This document shows positions 11,114-20,000 of a stretch of DNA of 20,000 nucleotides, one piece after another. The position numbers and the translations under genes are program-made. The notes under the pieces were generated by a model. That model saw only the letters and a program-made list of their open reading frames with translations. It ran no database searches and was not told where the DNA came from. Within the stretch, counting starts at the first letter, position 1. Each line of letters begins with the position of its first letter. The DNA comes from Craspedostauros australis (Eukaryota), in assembly GCA_030167865.1 (NCBI GenBank), contig JALAGF010006658.1, positions 48,700 through 68,699 on the forward strand, given 5' to 3'.

Positions 11114-11864
11114 GAGCGGTGCAGGGGAGGTGCATTGAAGAATCAGATGGATTGGAACATGCTCACTCGTGCATACGCGTACAATTATGAAGAAGATGGT
11201 GGTGATGATGGTGGTGATGATGACAGGCAGACAACACAATGGTCCACACCGCTCAACAACGATTGCTCCCTCGCAAAGGGTGAGCGTTCTTTTGGACGTT
11301 CGGTAGCCACTGGGTGGAATGGAATGAACGCAGGAAACACGAAAGTCTTCTGGGCGAGGATATGATGTGCATCAACGTCATGACTGGGCATCGCAAGATA
11401 TGCCGTACTGTGTTGCATGCAACTGTGATGAAGACGGAGCATGTGACGGCTGGGCAAACTGAAGGGAGACCATGGATAGAATTCGGTTGTTTTGTTCGAA
11501 CATCGCTTGGCACACATACCATCGATCGTACAGTACCATACAATCAAATCATCTTTCTGCAATCAAGAACTTGCTCGTACTCAGCTCGACCTATCCATAT
11601 TCATAATGATCACTGTTGGGACCACACCAGCACTTTGCATACAAGTCGTGAAGCAGCGCAGGAATACTGTGGAAAATGTTTGTATCTCGTGCACACTTTG
11701 ACATCGCTCCACACGACGAGCATGCCGTGCCATACTCATCGACCACATTCCAGGACAAGGTATGACTGGAAACTACTGGTACTCGTATACGAGTATGGCT
11801 GTAACGGGTATGTTCGTCGAGTTTGGTATGGTATGGTATAGTATCGGTTTACGACGACATTGGT

Positions 11865-13108
11865 TTACATCTCGTTCTCTCGCTCCTCCTTGAATTGGTA
11901 GTGCAAGTCATTGACGTCGATGGCGTGGATCTTGACGAATCCGTCCTTCGTCATGTGGTAGAGATTGTTGATACCACCGGAAGCTGCGTCTCTGTGAGTG
12001 GCATGGTAGATTGCTCGCTTGCCCAATTCGATGGCTTCCTCCACCGACATGTCGAATTTGTAATGCGTATCGAGGATACCGTAGGCGTAGGTGGAACCAC
12101 TGCCGACGGAGAACATCTTTCCCTTCAAGCGCGTGCCATCGTCGTCGACGTAGTACAGCTGCGGGCCGGTCTCGTCCCAGCCAGCGATCATGGTTCCCAT
12201 GGAGAGACCGTAGCCTCGGTACGATCGCATGACGTTGGCGAGGAGCTTGGAGGCACCCGCGACGGAGATTCTGTGACCGTTGCGCAGCTCGTACAGTCGG
12301 CACTCCATTCCCAGGTTGCGCTCCCAGAAGGAACAGTCGGCGGCGCCACCCGCCATGGTTCCGAGCAGGAATGGGTTGATCTCGATGACCTTCTTGACGG
12401 TTCCGGACGAGATGTACGTCCCCATCGTCGATCGGGAGTCCACACTGACGATGACACCTCCCTGGAACTTGAAGGCGAGGGTGGTGGTACCCTTCATGAA
12501 CTTGACCGCTTGTCCTTCATCGCCTGTACCGCAGACGGACGCGAAGTTGCCGCGGATATATGATGCTGGCTGTTGTTATTCATGCAGATTTGCAATCGAA
12601 TATAGCCAACACATCATCGTTGGTGTGTGCATTTGTGTGCATTTGGTTGCGTGCAGAGAAGTAGTGAAGAAGCAGCAGAGAAGAGTGCGCGTGTGCGAAA
12701 GTGAGTTGCTGCATCGTCTCACACACACTCTGCCAGTATTGAGCCATGATAACATTCACACCATCACAAAAGCATGACAACGAAGCGATGCTGGGTGGGA
12801 ATACTTTGCGTCTTACTACCAGAGTTCTGCGGTGAAAGCGACAGTAACGAGAATGGCGTAGCGTCCTCCGTTGTGTTGGTGGCGTCTGAGCACGTCGGAG
12901 CTAACATCCATGGAATTATTCGATCCGCACAACTGCATCCCTGCTCATGCGTCTGTCTTACATTTGGAACTCGTGGAAGAGCAAAGTGAGATGGCTTGCG
13001 GCTGGCGCCAGTGCTGATCGTCAACGACACCTCATCGTCGTGTTCTTGCCGTTGCTTCTGCTTGCGTGTCCCGATGTCGAGGACGTCGTTTCCGAGGAGG
13101 AGAGACAT
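11865..13108 (-). CDS. PSMB5: 20S proteasome subunit beta type-5 precursor, 283 aa; exons 13108-12962 and 12569-11865
   Basis: G|TTTLAFKF catalytic Thr1, [28 protein letters not shown] and [10 protein letters not shown]. Donor GTAAGA at 12961 and acceptor AACAG at 12570 are both phase 0 and give a 76-aa propeptide. Confidence 0.96.
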
Positions 13109-13768
13109 GTTGGGATTCTGTTGCTGTTGGGAAATTGCGTGACTCCAGTTGATACGGTGGGGGCAGAAGAGATGGAGAGGTCGGTATCCGTCTCGTTCTT
13201 CAAACTTCTCGCTGATTTGTTTGTCGGTTCGATCTTCTCCTTGTTGTGTTGCGAAGGATGCCGCTCATGACCATCCCCATTGTCGCCTCGTTCCGCCATC
13301 TCTCTTGCTCTCTCGTGTGTTCGCGGTAACTCGAAAACAACAAGGATCCTGGCAGAACCCTGAAGAAAAATCGAGCAGATTTCCACGAACGATCTGTCCG
13401 TCCATCCGAAAGAATGGATTCGAAGGGGTCGTGGCGCGATCTTTCTCCTGATTCTGTCCGATCTTGGAGCAATCAATCTGCCAGGAAATGTGAAGAGACG
13501 CCTCTTGTCAAGCCATGTGCGTGTGTTGGCGGCTTCATCGTTTCTGTGTTCGTGGAACCTAAGCACCCATACGACCTACTCGCACTCGCAATCATCACCC
13601 AACCAGATTACAATAGGTGGGACTTGGGGTGATACTAAAAGTCAATCGAATGGCAGTTGAATGCCAGCCGAATGCCAAATCGACTGCATCACCAGACAAA
13701 CAAACATACGTCCCAGTAGAATAGAGGGAAGACGCGGAAGAGCAACGTGCCGTGCAGCGCACCCTGCA

Positions 13769-15598
13769 ATGATGGGAAACATCGACATCCCACGCGTCGG
13801 AGCCAGCTTCTGGATACTGTTTCTGCTTGTGCTTGTGCCGGTGTCGGTTGCGGGAGACGTGGGCCGAAGCAGAGCAAGCAACAACGGCGTTTCCGATGGA
13901 CGCATGCGCCCGGCCTTGCGAATGAGTGGAGGAGCATCATCATCATCATCATCGAAGAGAGCGAAGGAAGTTCTGAGAGAAGCGTTCAAACCGCTGGCAG
14001 GAGCATTGAAAGGCACAGTCAATGCTGCCGCCAAGAAGGCCCAAGACGACCCCGTCTCCGAGGAAGGCATTCTCAAGGCCTTGGAGGCGATCTCGGCATC
14101 GCAGCTCGCATTGAAGGGCATCGATGGCGCGGCCCACGAGGCCTACCAAAGAACTCACACGGGGGAAAAGGACACGGTCGACACATCCGTGGCTGGCCGA
14201 GCGCAGAGATCCGCGCAGCGCATCGGAGCCACAGGCGAGGCTCTGCTGGCATGCGAGCTGATCGACGCATGTCAGCATCCGTGGCTGCGCGATGAGAGCG
14301 TCTTGGAAAGCAGAGACGTCCTCCTCAACATCACAGCTGTCGCCGACGGCCAGCACGACGAGGAACAGACCGACGACGAACCGCAAACGACGCAGAGTTT
14401 GAGCTTGGGAAAGCGCGTACCGTTGTCCGTGACCGTCCTGCACGAAGCGGACTACGTTGGCGGATCTGGTCTCAACCACGGAAGCATCAAATCTTTGCTG
14501 GAACAGCAGGATCCAACTGAGTCGCCGCCCGGTCGTATCCTCATCGTCATTGCAGGAGATGCCAATGAAAGCTTGAAGGATATCGTGCGATTTCTCAACA
14601 AGAAGCCAAAGAGGATACGCCTTTCCAGTGGCCTCGTGATGGATGAAGTGGCATCTGTCCAACCGGTCCTTTACAAGGCCGCCGTCGACCTGCTGCTCCT
14701 ATTGGAACCTGTGTTGCGAGATCCGAAGTACCGATCGTGCGCCATCCACTTCATCGGTCATTCCCTGTCAGCATCTGTGGCAGCGTTGGCAGCAAACATT
14801 GTGGATGGAACGTTGCCACTGCCCAAGGATGTCGAAGAGGAGATGCTTGCAGCGATCTCCAATAGCACGGAACTGGAAGCGCAAAGTGAACTCGAAAGCT
14901 CGGAACCCTCTGGAGGCGATGCCAACGACGCCAACGACGCCAACGATGCCAACGACGCCAACATGAACACGAATTCGGACACGGCTTCTTCATCACGCAA
15001 TGAAACAGAAGTCGAAAAGCCAATGCCAAAGTCATTATGTGGGATCGGCAGAGGCAGGGCATCTGCCATGTGCCTGGCTCCACCGCCGTGTCTGTCATCC
15101 AACGTCCTCGCCGCCTTCTGCACATCATTCATTTACGGTGACGATGTTGTCTGCCGCATGACGAAAGATGCAGTGGAAAGGCTCTGCGACCGGATACAAT
15201 CCAAGGTGCGCAGCAGCAGCTCCTTCATCCCCAAGCGCATTGGATGGATGGCGGACACGGTCTCCCTCACCATGTCCAACATCCGATCGCACGCGCATGG
15301 CAGCGAAGGCGAGGAAATCAACCTGGCCGTTCCAGGACGCGCCTTCCTGCTGCGTCCGCGCCGGCTGGGCGGTGGCAGCTGCAGCATCCACGATGTCGGG
15401 AGTCTCCAAAAGGGCGGGCGAGAAGCATTGCGCGCACGCGTGCTGTGGCAGCTTAACGACATTCTGCTCAGCCAAAGTCTCTGGAATCACCACGTGCTGG
15501 AGTCCTACATCACGGGTATAGACCGCGTTCAGCTACGGGGCGCAGCGGGATCATCCGATGACTACGGTCATGACCAGGATCAAGACTATGGCTATTGA
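13769..15598 (+). CDS. Alpha/beta-hydrolase, class-3 (fungal-type/DAG) lipase-like, with an N-terminal signal peptide; about 609 aa
   Basis: Long single ORF. Hydrophobic N-terminus FWILFLLVLVPVSVAG. Nucleophile elbow IHFIGHSLSASVAALAA, then LAPPPC, SFIYGDDVVCR (catalytic Asp region), LAVPGR and a C-terminal NHHVLESY (catalytic His region). The start is chosen from the signal peptide; the ORF extends upstream to 13661. Confidence 0.8.
   Translation: MMGNIDIPRVGASFWILFLLVLVPVSVAGDVGRSRASNNGVSDGRMRPALRMSGGASSSSSSKRAKEVLREAFKPLAGALKGTVNAAAKKAQDDPVSEEGILKALEAISASQLALKGIDGAAHEAYQRTHTGEKDTVDTSVAGRAQRSAQRIGATGEALLACELIDACQHPWLRDESVLESRDVLLNITAVADGQHDEEQTDDEPQTTQSLSLGKRVPLSVTVLHEADYVGGSGLNHGSIKSLLEQQDPTESPPGRILIVIAGDANESLKDIVRFLNKKPKRIRLSSGLVMDEVASVQPVLYKAAVDLLLLLEPVLRDPKYRSCAIHFIGHSLSASVAALAANIVDGTLPLPKDVEEEMLAAISNSTELEAQSELESSEPSGGDANDANDANDANDANMNTNSDTASSSRNETEVEKPMPKSLCGIGRGRASAMCLAPPPCLSSNVLAAFCTSFIYGDDVVCRMTKDAVERLCDRIQSKVRSSSSFIPKRIGWMADTVSLTMSNIRSHAHGSEGEEINLAVPGRAFLLRPRRLGGGSCSIHDVGSLQKGGREALRARVLWQLNDILLSQSLWNHHVLESYITGIDRVQLRGAAGSSDDYGHDQDQDYGY
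14918..14962 (+). repeat. Coding minisatellite (GAYGCCAAC)x5 encoding (DAN)5
   Basis: gatgccaac gacgccaac gacgccaac gatgccaac gacgccaac. Confidence 0.92.
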
Positions 15599-16059
15599 CA
15601 GCATGGTGCAAGATATTCTCAAAGCTTTGCGCAGGTTCACTCGCAGTTCAAAGGTTGTAATACTATGTCCTCGTACGACCTATCCATGTGAAAGTATCTC
15701 AATAATCATACTAACGCAGCACCAGAGGCGCGAAGGCAGCCACATCTATCTCCATGTTTAATCGTGTGTCTATTATGAGTAACCGTACAGATACTGCTGA
15801 TGATGCATATCGGTATCGGTGTGCGCTGCCATTGATCTTGATGCACATGTGTGAAAAAAAGCGTCAGCACCCACCGCACTGCCAATAGAATGGACCCTGC
15901 AATAGCTCAGCTCCATCGTCTCAAACACTCCGGACAAACGCCATTTTCCCATGGCAGACTGCTACATATGAGTGAGAGCACGGGCAGCATGTGCGACCGT
16001 ATATATCTTCAGGACGGAGCTGGAAGCAACCACCCAACTCGCGTCTCTCGACGCACCCA

Positions 16060-16740
16060 TCACGCCTTCTTGAACACGCTCCATGAGCCTCTGCTGTCTT
16101 TGCTGAAGCGGTAGTTTCCGTCGCAGTACATGGTGTCGAACCATCCCGCTCCCACAGGCGGCAACGCAACAGTGCGCCCCCACAGGTTGGTGACGGCCGA
16201 GGTCTCGAACTCGAACTTCACTCTGTCGTACCCGGAGCCGACATCATCTCCCGCAGGCTCCGAGTCCACTGGCGCCACGCTGCCATCCACGATGAAACTT
16301 GCACCGCCTGCGAAATTGATCGCATTATTCAAGTTGCCACCCTCAAAGACATCTATCGTCTGCGTGATGTTCCTGACCTGATCGAACGGCCAGGATGTTC
16401 GGAAGAAGTTGATTTCCTTCTCCGTAGTGTAGATCAATTCCCACTGTCCCAACAGCTGGCGGCGCTGATCGTCCATCGCGTTGCGTTGATCGTTGCTGAT
16501 GCTGGTCATGAGGTTGTGGATCTCATCGGAAAAGTCGGGAACGACGCCATATTGCGATTGTTGGATGAGAGATTCGAGTCGAAGGAAATCCTCCGTGCGA
16601 TCGAGTTGGTTGTTGTTGCTGTTCTTGTTGTTGGCGAACGGGTTCCATTGCTGGGGGATGAATGCAACCGCAAGAGAAGCAAGAAGGTGCCAATGCAACA
16701 TGCACATCACCATCACGATGCGATTCCTCAATGCCACCAT
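16060..16740 (-). CDS. Plastid lipid-associated protein (PAP/fibrillin family, FBN9-like)
   Basis: Signal peptide with AVA-FIP. Fibrillin motifs LLGQWELIYTTEKE, ITQTIDV....LNNAINF, RVKFEF and LPPVGAGWFDTMYCDGNYRFSKDSRG. The first ATG is at 16740 (the track's 16767 start is GTG). Confidence 0.88.
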   Translation of the reverse strand: MVALRNRIVMVMCMLHWHLLASLAVAFIPQQWNPFANNKNSNNNQLDRTEDFLRLESLIQQSQYGVVPDFSDEIHNLMTSISNDQRNAMDDQRRQLLGQWELIYTTEKEINFFRTSWPFDQVRNITQTIDVFEGGNLNNAINFAGGASFIVDGSVAPVDSEPAGDDVGSGYDRVKFEFETSAVTNLWGRTVALPPVGAGWFDTMYCDGNYRFSKDSRGSWSVFKKA

Positions 16741-17181
16741 CTTCTTCGTCTTCGTTGTCGTTGCCACTGTTGTGAATGGTTGTGAGATGTCGATTGGACA
16801 GAGTGCGTGCAGAATGCTGGTTTGCTTGTTGGTCCAGAAACGCCCAAGACGAAACGGTTTCGTTCTTGGCCAAATCTGCGGCGAAAGTACGTCATTGAGT
16901 CCAACACTTCGATACCACGCAAACGCGAAAAAGAACAGAAAAATTATCGGGATATACGGTAAATAATATATATTTCATATTTCGAATGTGAACAGAAAAG
17001 GAAGGAATGAACGGTTTCGCTTGAAAGAAAACACGTTTTTGGGTCGGAATCAATCACAATCGTTGAAGTTGTCACGCGCAGTCAGGATCTATCAAATTCG
17101 TTTCGGAAATCCATCAACCCCATCGCTCTCTCTCTTGCGCGATGGGGTGTGGTGGCCGGCATTGTGCGCCTCGACGCTTGC

Positions 17182-18636
17182 TCAGGCCTGCGCCCTCTTG
17201 ACACGGAGCTTGGTATTGGCATACTTCATCGTCAAGAAATAATCCAACTTGCCTTCCGTCACCAGTTCGAACTCGTACTTGGACAAGATGCTCGGCAACA
17301 CCGAGTCGAGCTCAGCCATCGCCAGGGATTGGCCGGGGCAGTTGCGGTTGCCCAAGGAGAACGGCATGATGCTCTGTGTCATTTCGGTGGTCGGATTCTC
17401 CCATCGATCAGGTTTGAACTGCTCGGCATCTTTGAACACCATTTCATCTCGGTGAGAAGTGATCTGCGGAAGAAAGACGGCAGCACCTTTGGGGACCTTG
17501 ACTTTGCGGTTAGAGAGTTCGTCAAATAGGATGAAATCGCGATTGATGAGACGGACGGAACCCATTGCACCAACAGGAATCACTCGTTGAGATTCGGTGA
17601 TCACGCGCTTGAGGTGATCGTTGGATTGCGCTGGATCGTCCTGCAACAACGACTGCTGCAGGCGTTTCATCTCCTCAGGATGCTTGGCCAGGAGGACGAG
17701 GGTGTTGGCAAGCGTGTATCCTGTCGAATCGAAACCGGCGACGATCAACGAAAGCAGTTCTGCGGTCTTGTGTTGTTCAGAGAAGTGGTTCAGCTTGGTT
17801 TCGACGATCTTGATCAAGGTATTGCACTCCGACTTGTTGGGGTTGTTGCGATAGGCCTCCAATACCTTCTTCGCAAAGTTCTGCATCACGGAGCAGCATT
17901 TGCGTGCCTCCCACACTTTTGGGATCATGAAGCTGAATAACTTTCTCAAGGGATTGACGGCTTGACGGAAGGCGATCTCGCGGACAGCTATGTCGAAGTT
18001 GGATGTGAAGAGCTCGAAGTCTTCTGGGGTAGCTTCGTATTCGAAGGCTGCCTCAACGATGGACTTGAATACCACCTTCGGCAATTCGATGGATGGATCG
18101 AATGTGGCGTCGGTATCCGCGATCTTCTCGAGGAAGTCTGCCTCCCATTCCTTGATGCACTTGGTGCAGATGGCATTCATTCGCTTGATTTCCGAAGAGG
18201 AAAATGCGTGTACGATGGATTTCTTCGCCTCTTTCAAAAGTGGGTCAGTTGTTGAGCGCGTGAATATGTGTTTGTGTCCCACGATGCTGTCGAAGCTCGA
18301 GTACAGGTGCAGCGGCTTGTCTGAGGTCGTGTCGAGCAGCACCTCGCGTTGGTCCTTCGCACTGCAGATGACGTACATGCCGCCGGGGGCTGGGATGTTG
18401 TGTTGAAAGATCGAAGACCCCAACGATTCCCGAAGCTGGAGGTGCCACCATGGTGCTTCGGATGCTACCAACCTATTCATGGACTCAATGATTCCAATAG
18501 GAACCTTGACGGGGGCATCTTTGGCGGGCGGTTTGTTCAAAGTGAAGACTACCCATCCCGCGACAAGTGCCAGCAGGAGGAGAATCAACGTTGCGATGTT
18601 GTCGCTGAGTGCTGCTGCGTAATCGAAGTCCACCAT
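17182..18636 (-). CDS. Cytochrome P450, microsomal type, intronless, 484 aa
   Basis: N-terminal TM anchor followed by a Pro-rich hinge; I-helix AGFDST; K-helix ESQR; FKPDRW; heme loop PFSLGNRNCPG. Confidence 0.96.
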   Translation of the reverse strand: MVDFDYAAALSDNIATLILLLLALVAGWVVFTLNKPPAKDAPVKVPIGIIESMNRLVASEAPWWHLQLRESLGSSIFQHNIPAPGGMYVICSAKDQREVLLDTTSDKPLHLYSSFDSIVGHKHIFTRSTTDPLLKEAKKSIVHAFSSSEIKRMNAICTKCIKEWEADFLEKIADTDATFDPSIELPKVVFKSIVEAAFEYEATPEDFELFTSNFDIAVREIAFRQAVNPLRKLFSFMIPKVWEARKCCSVMQNFAKKVLEAYRNNPNKSECNTLIKIVETKLNHFSEQHKTAELLSLIVAGFDSTGYTLANTLVLLAKHPEEMKRLQQSLLQDDPAQSNDHLKRVITESQRVIPVGAMGSVRLINRDFILFDELSNRKVKVPKGAAVFLPQITSHRDEMVFKDAEQFKPDRWENPTTEMTQSIMPFSLGNRNCPGQSLAMAELDSVLPSILSKYEFELVTEGKLDYFLTMKYANTKLRVKRAQA

Positions 18637-18663
18637 GATCAGTATCGTTGTGATCGCAACTGT

Positions 18664-18683
18664 GATGATGATGATGATGATGA
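18664..18683 (+). repeat. (GAT)6 microsatellite in the P450 5' leader
   Basis: gatgatgatgatgatgatga lies about 30 nt upstream of the minus-strand ATG at 18636. Confidence 0.75.
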
Positions 18684-19230
18684 GGTTCCTCTTCGTGTTG
18701 CTCGTTTTATGTGATGGGAGTGGAGAGGACTCGTATCAGTTGCGCTGGTTGGGGTGACAAAGAGAGAAACAATCCTCGCGACGGATCGAAAGTCTGGAGG
18801 CTCAGCGATGACCTCCTGTTCCTGAGCATCGTCAGTCCTTCTGTTGTTCCTCGGAGGTCATCAACAGCAACAATCCAAATGACCCGGATCAACATTCAAC
18901 TTGTGTGTCAGCTCCGATTGTGCGTCACACAAGAGGCACAGACTTACATGGCTCGTAGTGGGGAAGAAGGAAAGTCGACAATGGCGCCACTCATGAAAAG
19001 CCGCAATACTCATACCGCGAAAAGAACAAGGGACAAGGCCCGTCGAGCGTATCTGTGGGTCTGTGTTGGCCCTTGCGCGGTTCGCCGAGTTTGTCGTTGT
19101 TTCTGCCTGGGGTGCTGGCTGCAAGTCGTATTCAACCAGTTGCGCGGAAAACGTTGTGTTTGTTGTGCTCTCGTTGATTGCAAAGTCGAAATGAGGGACA
19201 CGCTGGAGCGCAAGCCTGAATCTCGAATCT

Positions 19231-19264
19231 AGAGAGCGAGCGAGAGAGAGAGAGAGAGAGAGAG
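19231..19264 (+). repeat. (GA)n microsatellite between the two P450 genes
   Basis: agagagcgagcgagagagagagagagagagagag. Confidence 0.9.
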
Positions 19265-19459
19265 TTGGTATTGTGGTGGCTAGGGTATTGGTGTGTGGCT
19301 GAAGTCGTCTCTTATTGCTGACTCGAGCACAGCATCCAGGATCCTTAGAGTAAGATTGATGCCATATATCATATTACAATATGTAAATGTGCCCATTGTG
19401 CAAGTATGGTCAGTATAAAGAAAAGTAGTTACAACTGTATACTTTACGTTGATGCTTCC

Positions 19460-20000
19460 TCAAACCTGCACCCTCTTCACACGGAGCTGCGTCTCGGTAC
19501 ACTTCAAGGTCAAGAAGAAATCCAACTTGCCTTCCGTCACGAGCTCGAACTCGTACTTGGACAAGATGCTCGGCAACACCGAGTCGAGCTCAGCCATCGC
19601 CAGCGATTGGCCGGGGCAGTTGCGCTTGCCTGAGGAGAACGGCATGATGCATTGCATCATTTCCTTCGTCGGAGCCTCCCATCGGCCAGGTTTGAACTGC
19701 TCGGCATCTTTGAACACCATTTCATCTCGGTGGGCCGTGATCTGTGGAAGAAAGACGGAGGCGCCTTTCGGGACCTTGACCTTGCGGTTGGAAAGCTCAT
19801 CAAAGAAGATGAAATCGCGGTTGATGCGACGAGCCGAGCCCATCGCAGCAACAGGGAACACTCGTTGAGATTCGGTGATCACGCGCTTGAGGTGATCGTT
19901 GAATTCCACCGGATCATCCTGCAACAACGACTGCTGCAGGCGTTTCATCTCCTCAGGATGCTTGGCCAGGAGGACGAGGGTGTTGGCAAGCGTGTATCCT
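19460..20000 (-). CDS. Second cytochrome P450, tandem paralogue, 3' part only (continues beyond the window)
   Basis: Gap-free collinearity with 17182-17722 at a constant offset of 2278 bp. The frame is open to the window edge and retains ESQR, FKPGRW and PFSSGKRNCPG. Confidence 0.93.
   Translation of the reverse strand, partial: GYTLANTLVLLAKHPEEMKRLQQSLLQDDPVEFNDHLKRVITESQRVFPVAAMGSARRINRDFIFFDELSNRKVKVPKGASVFLPQITAHRDEMVFKDAEQFKPGRWEAPTKEMMQCIMPFSSGKRNCPGQSLAMAELDSVLPSILSKYEFELVTEGKLDFFLTLKCTETQLRVKRVQV

Noticed and set aside
10393..11239. Alternative-frame (199 aa) and antisense (230 aa) ORFs over rbfA
   Set aside because: These are expected by-products of GC-rich coding sequence.
12489..12497. 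KG|TTT rather than HG|TTT at the beta5 processing site
   Set aside because: Lys at this position also occurs in plant beta5 precursors, so it is not unusual.
11823..12563. 246-aa plus-strand ORF
   Set aside because: It is the antisense shadow of the strongly codon-biased proteasome beta5 exon and has no motifs of its own.
6212..13108. CSN1 and proteasome beta5 as a proteolysis gene cluster
   Set aside because: They are separated by two unrelated plastid genes, so proximity is most likely chance.
16920..17110. AT-rich patch as a possible transposon end
   Set aside because: No terminal inverted repeats or target-site duplication were found; it fits a P450 3' end plus fibrillin promoter.

Overview
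Eukaryotic, gene-dense nuclear DNA, most likely from a diatom or related ochrophyte. Several genes carry a signal peptide plus an ASAFAP-type plastid-targeting motif, and there are GT-AG introns of about 300-430 nt. Eleven protein-coding loci are supported: the 3' end of a TPX2-like gene; a spliced 2-TM/PH-like membrane protein; a plastid-targeted repeat protein of unknown function; COP9 signalosome subunit 1; a small plastid single-TM protein; plastid RbfA; proteasome beta5; a class-3 lipase-like protein with a GHSLS elbow; a PAP/fibrillin; and two tandem cytochrome P450 paralogues, the second cut by the window edge. I see no RNA gene, CRISPR array or intact mobile element, and no clearly novel system can be proven from sequence alone. 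The best leads are the lipase-fibrillin-P450-P450 block with its diverging P450 substrate-recognition regions, two uncharacterised plastid proteins, and a natural Ser20 in proteasome beta5. Family calls come from motif recognition by eye, not database searches, and splice sites are predictions.
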